In this document: positions 18,355-28,532 of the stretch, piece after piece
Layout of the letters: each line of letters opens with the position of its first letter
How positions within the stretch are numbered: the stretch's first letter is position 1
From: Elusimicrobiota bacterium
GTDB lineage: Bacteria; Elusimicrobiota; Elusimicrobia; Elusimicrobiales; UBA9959
Direction: 5' to 3'
DNA: 64,000 bases
Assembly: GCA_036574205.1 (NCBI GenBank)
Contig: JAINCQ010000018.1
Coordinates: forward strand, 93,298-157,297
Notes under the pieces: model-generated
What the model was told of the DNA's origin: nothing
Databases searched by the model: none
The model's input: the letters and a program-made list of their open reading frames with translations, nothing else
Made by a program: the position numbers and the translations under genes

Positions 18355-19512
18355 TTAAGTCCTATGGTAAAGTTGTTTTTCCCATTGTCCAAAAGCGAGT
18401 TTTTGAGCAGTTAAAGAGGAAAGATATCTTCTTAATTCTTTATCTAATGGTTTGGGTTTAAGATTTTCAAATCCTGTTTGCGGTAGTGGCATAAAATAGT
18501 GTATATGTATCCTTGCATTGTATTTTTTTGTCAAAATCTCTATTCCATTTTTTGTAATATTTATATCTTCTTCTGTTTCAAATGGAAAACCGAATATAAA
18601 GTCAACATCTACATCAAATCCATATTTTTTTAATAGACTGACTGCTTTTATAACATCATCCGCAGAATGTCCTCTGTTTATTTTTTTAAGTATTCTATCA
18701 CTTAAACTTTGCGCCCCTATTATTATTCTTTTACTTGATGTATTACCTTTAAGTATTTCACAAAAATCGTGATTTACATGTTCTGGTCTTATTTCTGAAG
18801 GAAAACTTCCCATAAAAACCCTGCCTTTTCCTTTAATGGTTTTATTAACAGAGCAAACTAATTCATTAATTTTTTTATAATCTGGTTTGCCGTTTTCACT
18901 ACCATAAGATGAAAGATCCGGGGTAATAAATCTTATATCTCTAAAATTATTTCTTAGTAATATTTCTATTTCTTTTAAGATATTTTCTAATTTTTTATGC
19001 CTTTGTTTAAAACCAAATATAGAAGGGGTCTGGCAGTATAAACATCTATGTAAACAGCCTCTTGTTATCTCAATAGAACCAAACCTTTTGTATTTTTCCG
19101 ATATAGAAGAAAACTGGTTTATATCAACTAATTTGGATGATTTAATTATTTTTTCATGTCTTTTGTCTAACAGGAAATCTCTCAGCGAAATTTCGCCTTC
19201 ACCTATAAATAAATGATTGAATGTTTCGCTAAGTTCTTTTGTATTTTTATCTGTTATGTGAGGCCCTCCGGCTATAAGTGTAATTTTAGAGAATTTATTT
19301 GATATAAATTTTGCTAATGATAATTCAGATTTATTATTATAACTCATAAATGAAAATGCTATGACTGTATTTTTTTCGTTTTTAATTTTTTCTTCTATCT
19401 CATTAAAACTTGAAAAAAAATATATATTTAACCCATTTATGTTTTCAATAGCGCTTGTGAGAGAGTTTATTGAATATTTATTCGTATTTGTGGAGTGAAA
19501 ATATATATCCAT
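18355..19512 (-). CDS. B12-binding-domain radical SAM protein
   Basis: CxxxCxxC cluster RGCLHRCLYCQTP. N-terminal Rossmann-like segment (LIAGGPHIT) typical of B12-binding radical SAM enzymes. Confidence 0.7.
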   Translation of the reverse strand: MDIYFHSTNTNKYSINSLTSAIENINGLNIYFFSSFNEIEEKIKNEKNTVIAFSFMSYNNKSELSLAKFISNKFSKITLIAGGPHITDKNTKELSETFNHLFIGEGEISLRDFLLDKRHEKIIKSSKLVDINQFSSISEKYKRFGSIEITRGCLHRCLYCQTPSIFGFKQRHKKLENILKEIEILLRNNFRDIRFITPDLSSYGSENGKPDYKKINELVCSVNKTIKGKGRVFMGSFPSEIRPEHVNHDFCEILKGNTSSKRIIIGAQSLSDRILKKINRGHSADDVIKAVSLLKKYGFDVDVDFIFGFPFETEEDINITKNGIEILTKKYNARIHIHYFMPLPQTGFENLKPKPLDKELRRYLSSLTAQKLAFGQWEKQLYHRT

Positions 19513-19998
19513 TTACTCAAAAAATTTCAGCACTGATTTTAAGGCTTTTTTAAGGTAGTGTAAATCAATTCTGTCAAAATTAGATAATTTTTCAGAATCT
19601 ATATCCAATACAGCTGTAACAGATTTTTTAGAATTTAATATGGGTATGACTATTTCAGATCTTGATTTAGAGGAACATGCTATATGTCCGGGAAACTTAT
19701 TGACATCTTTAACAATAATAGCTTTTTTTCTTTTCCATGAAGTTCCACATACGCCTTTTCCATAAGGGATTCTTGAACAGGCTACAGGTCCCTGAAAGGG
19801 ACCTAACACAAGAAAATCTCCTTTGACAAAGTATATCCCTGTCCATAAAAAATTAAATGTAAAATGGATTGCGGATAGGAAATTTGATAAGCCAGATATC
19901 ATGTCAGTCTCATCTGATAAAAGATGCTTTATCTGTGAAATAAGATTTTCATATTTTTCTTTTTTTGTGGTTCCTATTATCGTTATTTCTTTAGCCAT
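19513..19998 (-). CDS. msrC: GAF-domain protein, free methionine-(R)-sulfoxide reductase-like
   Basis: WTGIYFVKGDFLVLGPFQGPVACSRIPYGKGVCGTSW...FPGHIACSSKSRSEIVIPI matches the YebR/fRMsr GAF signature. Confidence 0.7.
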   Translation of the reverse strand: MAKEITIIGTTKKEKYENLISQIKHLLSDETDMISGLSNFLSAIHFTFNFLWTGIYFVKGDFLVLGPFQGPVACSRIPYGKGVCGTSWKRKKAIIVKDVNKFPGHIACSSKSRSEIVIPILNSKKSVTAVLDIDSEKLSNFDRIDLHYLKKALKSVLKFFE

Positions 19999-20861
19999 TT
20001 TAAATACGCCTCTTCCGCTTTATATGAGCTCCTTGCAAAAGGCATTGAGATAACAGATTTTATCCCTATTTGTCTGGCATATTCTCCTAAAATTTCAAAT
20101 TCTTCTGGAGTATAATATTTTTTTACTGGATGATGTAATGGTGAAGGAGAAAGGTACTGACCTATTACAATTATATCACAATTATTATCTTTAAGGTCTT
20201 TTATTGTTTGTTTTATTTCTTCAATTTCTTCCCCCATACCAATTATTATTGAAGACTTAGTGGGAATTTTTGGATTTATTTTTTTTGAACTTCTAAGTAG
20301 ATTTAATGATCCTTCATAAGACGAATTCGGCCTTATTATTGGATAAAGACGTTTAACGGTTTCTATGTTATGAGAAAGTACTGATGGCATTGCATCAAGA
20401 ACTTTTTTCAAAGAGTCATCTTTAAATTTAAAATCCGGAATTAATGGCTCTATATAAGTTTCTGGTGAAATTCTCCTGATTTCTTTTATGGTATTTGCAA
20501 ACTGATCGGCACCACCGTCTGGAAGGTCATCCCTTGTTGGGGATGTAAAAACTGCATACCTTATTTTCCATTTTTTTATTAATCCAGCTATTTTCTTAGG
20601 TTCATTTAAATCAACAGGATCGGGTTTGCCTTTTGAAACATTACAAAACTTACAATTTCTTGTACATATGGTTCCAAGTATAAGAAAAGTAGCATGTTTG
20701 TTTTTAAAACATTCACCTTTATTGGGACATAAGGCTTCATAACATATGGTATTGGTAGTATATTCTTTAATATCTTTTCTAATAAGTATTGAGTTATCTG
20801 AAAAATTGAATTCTTTTTTGTTTTCTTTTGCTTTTTCAATTATCCATTTAGGATAGCGCAT
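19983..20861 (-). CDS. lipA: lipoyl synthase
   Basis: CYEALCPNKGEC auxiliary cluster and radical SAM CTRNCKFCNV. Confidence 0.95.
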   Translation of the reverse strand: MRYPKWIIEKAKENKKEFNFSDNSILIRKDIKEYTTNTICYEALCPNKGECFKNKHATFLILGTICTRNCKFCNVSKGKPDPVDLNEPKKIAGLIKKWKIRYAVFTSPTRDDLPDGGADQFANTIKEIRRISPETYIEPLIPDFKFKDDSLKKVLDAMPSVLSHNIETVKRLYPIIRPNSSYEGSLNLLRSSKKINPKIPTKSSIIIGMGEEIEEIKQTIKDLKDNNCDIIVIGQYLSPSPLHHPVKKYYTPEEFEILGEYARQIGIKSVISMPFARSSYKAEEAYLKWLKK

Positions 20862-20864
20862 ATT

Positions 20865-22616
20865 TTATTTTTCAAGTTTTATTTTAAGTTCCGCTAACTG
20901 CTTTTCATCAACATTTGATGGAGCTTCCATAAGGGGGCATATACCAGCAGTAGTTTTTGGAAAAGCAATCACTTCTCTTATTGAATCTTCTGTTCCGCAA
21001 ATCATAGATATAAGCCTATCAAATCCTATCCCAATGCCGCCATGAGGTGGGGCTCCATATTCTAATGCTTCAATAAGTGTGCCAAATTTTTCCTTTATTT
21101 GTTGATTTGAATATCCCATAAGCGAGAATATTTTCTCTTGAATCTCTTTTTTGTGGTTTCTTATTGATCCTGAACCTAGCTCAACCCCATTTAGTACAAG
21201 ATCATACTGGCATGATTTTATATTTTCAAGTTCTTCTTTTATGTCAAGCTTATATAGTTCTTGGGGCAGGGGGGCTGTAAAGGGATTATGCGTTGCGTCA
21301 TATCTTTTTTCCTCTTCATTCCAGTCAAGCAAAGGAAAATGTCTTACCCATAAAAATGCCCACTTTTTTTTAGGATTTTTGTCATGTTTTATTATTTCAT
21401 TTCTTAAAATACCTATGTATTTTAAAATGTTACATTTATCATCGCTTACTATAAAAACTATATCTCCATCTTTTATTTCAAAAATATTTTTTAGCATTTC
21501 TATTTCCTGAGTCTTTAAAAATTTAAGTATAGGTGATTCTATTTCTCGATTTTTCATTTTAAGCCATATAAGACCCTTTGCACCATTTGCTTGTAGTATT
21601 TTGGTTAAGTTATCAATTTCACTTCTTGAATAATTATGAACATTCTTTGCATTTATTCCTCTAATTACGCCTCCATTTTCTATAACCTGTTTAAATATTT
21701 TAAATTCAGTGTCTTTAAATATCTCAGTAATTTCTTTTATTTCATATTCATATCTTAAATCAGGCTTATCGCTACCGTATTTCAGCATGACCTCTTCATA
21801 TTCCATTTCAGGAAAAGGAATCGTTAGCTCTTCTCCCATAGAAGAAAATATTTCTTTCATTAACCCTTCAACAATTTGAGCTACATCTTTTTCATCTACA
21901 AAACTCATCTCTAAGTCTATTTGAGTATGTTCAAGCTGTCTATCGCTTCTTAAATCCTCATCCCTGAAGTTTCTTGCAAGCTGATAATATCTGTCCATTC
22001 CTGAAATCATAAGCAGTTGTTTAAATATTTGAGGTGATTGGGGTAAAGCGTAAAACTTTCCGGGATTCATCCTTGAAGGGACTAAAAAATCTCTTGCTCC
22101 TTCGGGAGTAGATTTTGTTAAAATTGGTGTTTCTATTTCATAAAAACCTTTTGAGTGAAGATAGTTTCTTATAACATTGGCAATGCGTGATCTTGTAATA
22201 AGATTTTTTTTCATTTTCTCTCTTCTTATATCTATATATCTATATTTTAATCTCGTCTCTTCGCCAACATTTATATAATCTGCAACTGGAAAGGGTGGCT
22301 CTTTTGATTCATTTAAAACATAAAGCTCTTTTAAGACTACCTCTATTTCACCGGTAGGAATATTTTTGTTTTCATTCCCCTGGGGTCTCATTCTTACTGT
22401 GCCAATAATCTTTATTACATATTCATTTCTAATTCTTTCTGCTTCATTGAAAAATTTATTTGAAGGTTCAACAACTATTTGAGTAATACCATATAGATCT
22501 CTTATAATTAAAAATAAAACCCCCCCAAGATTTCTTTTAGAATCAAGCCATCCACACAATGTTACTACTTGACCTATATGGTTTTTATTTAATTCACCGC
22601 AGGTATGTGATCTCAT
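20865..22616 (-). CDS. aspS: aspartate--tRNA ligase
   Basis: MRSHTCGELN start, OB-fold N-domain, FRDEDLRSDRQLEHTQIDLEMSF, GGIGIGFDRL motif 3. Confidence 0.95.
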   Translation of the reverse strand: MRSHTCGELNKNHIGQVVTLCGWLDSKRNLGGVLFLIIRDLYGITQIVVEPSNKFFNEAERIRNEYVIKIIGTVRMRPQGNENKNIPTGEIEVVLKELYVLNESKEPPFPVADYINVGEETRLKYRYIDIRREKMKKNLITRSRIANVIRNYLHSKGFYEIETPILTKSTPEGARDFLVPSRMNPGKFYALPQSPQIFKQLLMISGMDRYYQLARNFRDEDLRSDRQLEHTQIDLEMSFVDEKDVAQIVEGLMKEIFSSMGEELTIPFPEMEYEEVMLKYGSDKPDLRYEYEIKEITEIFKDTEFKIFKQVIENGGVIRGINAKNVHNYSRSEIDNLTKILQANGAKGLIWLKMKNREIESPILKFLKTQEIEMLKNIFEIKDGDIVFIVSDDKCNILKYIGILRNEIIKHDKNPKKKWAFLWVRHFPLLDWNEEEKRYDATHNPFTAPLPQELYKLDIKEELENIKSCQYDLVLNGVELGSGSIRNHKKEIQEKIFSLMGYSNQQIKEKFGTLIEALEYGAPPHGGIGIGFDRLISMICGTEDSIREVIAFPKTTAGICPLMEAPSNVDEKQLAELKIKLEK

Positions 22617-23857
22617 AAAATTAATTCTCCATTTTTTATTTTATTTATAATTTCATTAATTTCCATTTTTTGCTGTTTGCCGTCTGAAAGCCTTTTTATC
22701 GTAAGCTTTGATGTTTTTTCTTCATCCTCTCCTATTATTATTGCATATCTGGCAGAGTTTGAATTAGCATCTCTCATTTGTGATTTGAGGCTGTTTTCAA
22801 AATTAGAAAAATCCGTTTTTATACCGGCATTTCTAAGCAGATTTATTATCTTAAAACAAAATTTAGATTGTTTTGAGGATAATGAAACCACAAAAACTAA
22901 ATTGTTATCATTTTCTTTGTATCCTTTTGAAATCATTAACGAAACTACTCTTTCAACTCCCATTGCCCAGCCAACGCTTGGAGAATTTACTCCCCCCATT
23001 AATTTTACAAGATTATCATATCTCCCCCCTCCAGCTATTGCATCCTGTGAAGATTGAGAAGACATTTTAAATTCAAAAACTGTTTTCGTGTAGTAATCTA
23101 TTCCCCTTACAAGGAGTTTATTCTCTATAAATGTTATATTGTTTGCGTTTAAAGCCTCTTTTAATAGATTATGATGGGTTAAACATTCATCACATAATTC
23201 TATTGGTGGAATGTTTTTAAATTTATCCTGATCTATTTTACAATCCAATACCCTCAGCGGGTTTTTTGATATCCTTTGGTTGCAATCCTGACATAAATCC
23301 AATTTTTTTAATTCTGAAACAATAAGTTCTTTGTATTTTTTTCTACAGGCTTGACAACCTAAAGAATTTATTTCTATTCTATATAGATTATTTAAATTAA
23401 GTTTTTTTAATATTGAGTCTAATAGTATTATTATTTCAGCATCTGCATATGGAGATGGGTTGCCTATATATTCAACCCCTATCTGTTCAAACTCCCTATA
23501 TCTCTGGGCTTGTGGCCTTTCAGCTCTAAACATATTCCCAATGTAAAAATATTTATGAGAATTTCCTTTAAGATTAAGATTATTTTCTATGAAAGCTCTT
23601 ACTGTTCCAGGAGTTCCTTCAGGTCGTAAGGCAAGCACTCTTTTAGAATTATCTTCAAATTTATACATTTCTTTTTTCACTATATCTGTTTCTTCTCCAG
23701 TGGATTTAACAAAAAGATCAAAATATTCAACTGTCGGAAGTCTTATTTCCTTAAAATTATATGTTTCAAAAGTTTCTCTGGCAGTTTTTTCTATTTGATA
23801 GAATATATCAGATTCAGGAGGTAATACATCTTTAAATCCTCTAACCCTTTGTATCAT
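22613..23857 (-). CDS. hisS: histidine--tRNA ligase
   Basis: VRGFKDVLP, LRPEGTPGTVRAF, FRAERPQAQRYREFEQIGVE, GGGRYDNL. Confidence 0.95.
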   Translation of the reverse strand: MIQRVRGFKDVLPPESDIFYQIEKTARETFETYNFKEIRLPTVEYFDLFVKSTGEETDIVKKEMYKFEDNSKRVLALRPEGTPGTVRAFIENNLNLKGNSHKYFYIGNMFRAERPQAQRYREFEQIGVEYIGNPSPYADAEIIILLDSILKKLNLNNLYRIEINSLGCQACRKKYKELIVSELKKLDLCQDCNQRISKNPLRVLDCKIDQDKFKNIPPIELCDECLTHHNLLKEALNANNITFIENKLLVRGIDYYTKTVFEFKMSSQSSQDAIAGGGRYDNLVKLMGGVNSPSVGWAMGVERVVSLMISKGYKENDNNLVFVVSLSSKQSKFCFKIINLLRNAGIKTDFSNFENSLKSQMRDANSNSARYAIIIGEDEEKTSKLTIKRLSDGKQQKMEINEIINKIKNGELIL

Positions 23858-24513
23858 TCTTTTACTCCCGAGATAGATCTAATTTTGTCTACGTCAATAA
23901 TTGTTATTCTTTCCCTTGAAGTATCTATTATCCCTTTTTCTTTCATTTTTTGTAAAACCCTATTTACAGGTATTCTTGTTGTCCCTAAATTTTCAGCAAG
24001 TTTTTTTTGTGTTATATAAATTTTCCCCATTTTTTCTTTTTTTGATAACTCAAATATTTCTTTTGCAACCCTTCCAAATATATTTTTAAATATAAGTCCT
24101 TCTATTTCTTCATCTGCTTTTTTAAGCCTATAGGCTAAGTTATATAAAAGTTTCAGTATAAAATTCTTATTCTTAAGAATATATTTTTGAAAATCTTTAC
24201 TTGATATTGAAAAAAGTTCTGAATCTTCTTCTGCTTGCGCGGATGCAGTCCTATATTTTATTCCAAGAAGAGCAAGCTCTCCAAAAAACTCTCCTTCACC
24301 AAGAATTGAATATACCTTTTTTTTGTGTGATGCATTAGTAAAAATTTTTATCTTACCAGATTTAACAATAAAAAATGAATTGCCAATTTCATTTTTATTA
24401 AAAACTATCTTGCCTTTTTTTACCTTTTTTATTTTTAGTATTTTTGATATTTTTTTAAACTCGCTGTCCGAAAAATTGCTGAAGATATTAACTTTCCTGA
24501 ATAATGACTTCAT
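23854..24513 (-). CDS. Crp/Fnr family transcriptional regulator
   Basis: cNMP-binding beta-roll (GEFFGELALL...RTASAQA) plus C-terminal HTH (TQKKLAENLGTTRIPVNRVLQKM). Confidence 0.85.
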   Translation of the reverse strand: MKSLFRKVNIFSNFSDSEFKKISKILKIKKVKKGKIVFNKNEIGNSFFIVKSGKIKIFTNASHKKKVYSILGEGEFFGELALLGIKYRTASAQAEEDSELFSISSKDFQKYILKNKNFILKLLYNLAYRLKKADEEIEGLIFKNIFGRVAKEIFELSKKEKMGKIYITQKKLAENLGTTRIPVNRVLQKMKEKGIIDTSRERITIIDVDKIRSISGVKE

Positions 24514-24789
24514 AATTAAGAAACTCTCCTATTCTTATATTATATAATATATATAATTGGTTGCGAGAGAACAGATTTCTAAAAGCTAAAATTGAAATCT
24601 ACTTTCAAATTCATTATAAGCTTTTTACCCTTTTGTGATATGTAGTTTATACCTTTGAGAGGATTAGGTTAAGGAGAATATAATTTTATAGCATAATCTT
24701 TTGTTTTTCCCTTATTAATAGGAAGGGAGTTTTTTTAGAAAATCAAGAAGCTTTGGTTAAAAAAATTTATATTAAAATAAAATAATTAA

Positions 24790-24821
24790 CCCCGCTTATC
24801 CTTCGTATAGAATAAGCGGGG
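24790..24821 (-). terminator. rho-independent terminator of the S1 protease gene
   Basis: CCCCGCTTAT-12 nt-ATAAGCGGGG stem-loop 15 nt past the stop, followed on the minus strand by TTAATTATTTTATTTT. Confidence 0.75.
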
Positions 24822-24835
24822 AAGCCCAGGAAATT

Positions 24836-25855
24836 TTATCTGTCAAAGCTAAAGTTAATTGCTTTTGAAGTGTCAAAACTATCAAAATCAGTTTTAACCT
24901 GAATACTTTTTGGTTCTCCTGTATCTTTAATGCCTGTAAGTATTTCGGAAAGATAGGGATAAAGGGCTGATATTTTTGTTGAATCTTCTCCTCTTCCGCC
25001 GTTATCTTCAACCCTGTTTGATATTGTACAACCCATAGGTGTTTGAACAAAATCATTATCCCCTCTTACCAGTATTCCCTCTATAAGTTTTGTTTTCATA
25101 TCAAAAACAGGGGAACCAGAGTTTCCGCCATAAGTATCTAAATTAGCCACAAAATATCCATTTGGAGAGGGGTCTCTAACTGTAGCGCCATCGGCAAATT
25201 TTACTGGCAGACCAACTGGATGTCCTATTACAAACATAGATTGTCCAATCGAGAGTTTCTGGTTTGTGTTGATTTTAAGCGGTTTTCTGTTTGAAACTTT
25301 TCTGTCAAGTTTTATTATTGCAAAATCTGAACCCAGTCCTATACCCTGGGGATTATCCTCAGTTGGTTCCGCTCCAATATGAGTTTTTATTATTTTAGAA
25401 CATTTATAGACATCTGAAGCAGGGATCTCGGTTGTAGCTGTAAAAGGATTGTTTCTGTCTTTTATTGCATATCCAAAAACAAAATATGTTGATGAACATT
25501 TTGCTTCAGTATTTATACAATGTCCTGCTGTAATAATAGTATCATCAGCTATCAACAAACCGGAGCAGAAAGCTCCTATAGGCTGATCCCTGAAAGGTTC
25601 ATCTTCACATAGATTAAGTCTCTGCCCATAATTTTGAGTAACAAGAGTATATTTATTTTTAGAACTATCAAATCTGATATTTGCGCTATCCCATAATGAA
25701 ACGACTGAATCTGCAAGAGTTTTAATCTCCGAAGACATTTCAAAATAGTCTTTTCTATTATCTTCACCGTAAATAACTTTATTGTTGAGAGCGTTTAGCG
25801 TAAATGGAAAAGGTATTAGAGAGATTACGATTAGTTTTAAGGTGGTGTTTTTCAT
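24836..25855 (-). CDS. secreted trypsin-fold serine endopeptidase (S1B/V8-like)
   Basis: Signal peptide. ITAGHC (His), DFAIIKLD (Asp), GGNSGSPVF (Ser). Confidence 0.8.
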   Translation of the reverse strand: MKNTTLKLIVISLIPFPFTLNALNNKVIYGEDNRKDYFEMSSEIKTLADSVVSLWDSANIRFDSSKNKYTLVTQNYGQRLNLCEDEPFRDQPIGAFCSGLLIADDTIITAGHCINTEAKCSSTYFVFGYAIKDRNNPFTATTEIPASDVYKCSKIIKTHIGAEPTEDNPQGIGLGSDFAIIKLDRKVSNRKPLKINTNQKLSIGQSMFVIGHPVGLPVKFADGATVRDPSPNGYFVANLDTYGGNSGSPVFDMKTKLIEGILVRGDNDFVQTPMGCTISNRVEDNGGRGEDSTKISALYPYLSEILTGIKDTGEPKSIQVKTDFDSFDTSKAINFSFDR

Positions 25856-25946
25856 CGTTCCTCCGTATATATTTTAATTACAAATTGATTGAAGTCAAAT
25901 ATTTTTAGTCCTAATATTAAATAGGTCTTTAGTCCTATTTTATTCC

Positions 25947-26912
25947 TCAGAATATTGTATATGATACGACGGTATATTTATCTATGAGATATATAGCAAT
26001 TGTTGAGATTACAATTACAGAGGTTATTAAAATTCCATAAAAATGATATTTGTTTGTTCCGGGAATAGATAGTTCTATTAATGCATCTTCTTCCCAGCTT
26101 ATTCCTTTTTTGAAATAACTTAAAAAATTGTATATTGAATAGCATTCAAGCGCAAAGAAAGGAAAACCTAAATACCCCGCTATTGGCATTTCAAATAACC
26201 TTGGAGAGTTAAGATAAGGAAGGGTATAAATCCATTTTGCCCCTGCTTTGAAATTCCATAGTTCCCATATAAACCCGCATAGTAATCCTGCCAGGAGAAT
26301 AGAAAGTATTTTAGATATATTTCCGCCAGATAATTCCTTTATAATAGAACGGGTACCGATTTTATAATTTAACGGTTCAAATATAAATAATAGAGATATC
26401 CATATAAAAGGAAATAAAAGTTTTGGAAAAACAAGTGTTAAAATAGTTAACAATATTCCGCCATAAAAACATACCTGCCTTATTTTATTGTCAAATTTTA
26501 TATTTATTTTAGTTTTTATTTTTTTAAATATTCCAATAGTTTCCATAAACTCGGTTGTTTCAAAAATTGCAGGTAAAACCGTAGCATAAGATAATATATA
26601 TCCTATGTTCCTTGTTTTTGTATCCCATGGAAGCATAACATACTTCCAGTTTTTAAGAAAAATATTAAATATTTCAAAAGAAAACCATAACCCAGTTGAA
26701 ACGAAAAGCATATATATAAATTCTTTTGTTCTTGAAATAATAAGAGAATTATCTTTTAAACTATAGATAGTTCCATCTATAAAAAAAATGTATGAATACC
26801 AGGCAAAGATATAGTAGAGTCTATAAAAAGGGTTTACCTGAAAATATGAAAAGAAAGTTGATATAAAAAAAAGCAATACTCCACCCAATATAAAGGCAAT
26901 ATTGATTCCCAT
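25947..26912 (-). CDS. polytopic membrane protein of unknown function
   Basis: 321 aa with roughly 8-9 hydrophobic segments, Trp/Phe/Tyr-rich. No assignable motif. Confidence 0.55.
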   Translation of the reverse strand: MGINIAFILGGVLLFFISTFFSYFQVNPFYRLYYIFAWYSYIFFIDGTIYSLKDNSLIISRTKEFIYMLFVSTGLWFSFEIFNIFLKNWKYVMLPWDTKTRNIGYILSYATVLPAIFETTEFMETIGIFKKIKTKINIKFDNKIRQVCFYGGILLTILTLVFPKLLFPFIWISLLFIFEPLNYKIGTRSIIKELSGGNISKILSILLAGLLCGFIWELWNFKAGAKWIYTLPYLNSPRLFEMPIAGYLGFPFFALECYSIYNFLSYFKKGISWEEDALIELSIPGTNKYHFYGILITSVIVISTIAIYLIDKYTVVSYTIF

Positions 26913-27049
26913 AATTCTATTTTATTATATTTTTAGTTATTTGTTATAATGAAAATTAAGAGGGTGTATGGTTTTAAAACCTAAAAAAAACATTATTATT
27001 CTTTTTTGCTACCTCTTTTTTTGGCATTTCTCTATACACTCAACTTAAG

Positions 27050-27886
27050 GTGCCGTCTGAAGATCCAAAGACTTATTATAAAAGAGGGGTTGCTGCTTTA
27101 AACAAAGGTTCTTATTCTCTTGCAATAAGCGAATTTGATAATGCCATATTGGCTGATGATAAATATTTTGAAGCTTATTATCAAAGAGGAATTGCATATT
27201 TTAAAAAAGGTGAGTTTGAAATTGCTGTTCAGGATTTTTCATCTGCCATAGAATTAAAACCGAATTTTGCTCAGGCATATTATTATCGTGGTATGGCCTA
27301 TGAAAAGCTTGGTAGAAAAGATGAAGCTATTATGGATTTTGAAAAATCAAAGGAATTAAACTCTACTGGAAAGATAATTAGTAAATCACAAGATAAAAAA
27401 GGAAAACTTGATTTGTCTCCTAAATATGACAAAGCGGTGGTTAAATTTAATGAGGCAATATCATTGAATCCAAAAGATCCAGTTCCATATAATAGGAGAG
27501 GTGATGTGTATTTAAGGAGAATGGAATATAAAAAAGCAATTTCAGATTTTACAAAAGCGATAGAGCTTAATCCTAAATATTCTGAAGCTTATCATAATCG
27601 TGCAATGGCATACCTTGGTGATGAATCTTATGAATTAGCTATAAAAGATTTTACCAGGTCTATTGAATTAAATCCTGTAAATTCTGATGCTTATTATTAT
27701 CGCGGAATTTCGTATTCTAATCTTTCCAGAAATGAGGAAGCAATAGCAGATTTTACTAAAGCAATAGAACTAAACCCACAAGATGCTACTGCTTATTATA
27801 TGCGTTCAAAAGTTTACAGATCAATTGGTAAAGAAGTTGAAGCTGAAATGGATTACAGGAAGTACAAGGAAATAGTAAGAAAATAG
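27050..27886 (+). CDS. tetratricopeptide-repeat protein (N-terminal signal peptide apparently detached by a frameshift)
   Basis: Repeated AxxxYxxRGxAYxxxGxxxxAIxDFxKAIELNP TPR units. The intact ORF begins only at GTG 27050. A signal-peptide-like ORF from ATG 26968 lies in another frame (see findings). Confidence 0.8.
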   Translation: MPSEDPKTYYKRGVAALNKGSYSLAISEFDNAILADDKYFEAYYQRGIAYFKKGEFEIAVQDFSSAIELKPNFAQAYYYRGMAYEKLGRKDEAIMDFEKSKELNSTGKIISKSQDKKGKLDLSPKYDKAVVKFNEAISLNPKDPVPYNRRGDVYLRRMEYKKAISDFTKAIELNPKYSEAYHNRAMAYLGDESYELAIKDFTRSIELNPVNSDAYYYRGISYSNLSRNEEAIADFTKAIELNPQDATAYYMRSKVYRSIGKEVEAEMDYRKYKEIVRK

Positions 27887-27893
27887 TTTTGAG

Positions 27894-28532
27894 TCAAAAT
27901 TTCGCTGATATGGCCACAAATCCCCCTTCTCCATAACCTTTTGAGATTCTATCTATTTGTTTAAGATTTTTAAGTTTTACTGGATCTAAAAAAAGAGTCT
28001 GATATGTTTTGATTTTTGTAAATCCTAGTTTTCTAATTTTTTCTATTATAACCTTTGCAGAATAAAATTTTGCATTAGCATAAAATTTATTTTTTTTCTT
28101 TTTTCTTAAATAATATTTTCCTAACTTAGTATTTCTGTCTATAATACCAATTAAAAGTATCCCATTATTCTTAAGTATTCTTTTGGCTTCAGATAAAACC
28201 TGATTCGAATTTTGAACAAAACACAAAGTAAAACATATTAAAACCATATCAAAATTTTTATCAGGAAAAGGAATGTTCTCTCCAAAAGCCTTTATAACTT
28301 TTATTCCCCTTTCTGCTGCTATTTTGCCCATCTTATTAGATGGTTCTATGCCATTTCTTATACCAAGAGCTTTTGCAAATCTTCCGCTGCCAACACCTAT
28401 TTCAACTGCGTTTTTATATTTAAAATTTCCAATTGCTTTTTTTAAAGCATTTAACTCAGAAAGATATAAAAATTTGTTTTCATCATACCATCTATCGTAT
28501 TCTTTATAATATTTATCAAACGGGTTTTGCAT
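27894..28532 (-). CDS. class I SAM-dependent methyltransferase
   Basis: Motif I VEIGVGSGRFA, post-I acidic residue, motif II DMVLICF. Confidence 0.75.
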   Translation of the reverse strand: MQNPFDKYYKEYDRWYDENKFLYLSELNALKKAIGNFKYKNAVEIGVGSGRFAKALGIRNGIEPSNKMGKIAAERGIKVIKAFGENIPFPDKNFDMVLICFTLCFVQNSNQVLSEAKRILKNNGILLIGIIDRNTKLGKYYLRKKKKNKFYANAKFYSAKVIIEKIRKLGFTKIKTYQTLFLDPVKLKNLKQIDRISKGYGEGGFVAISAKF

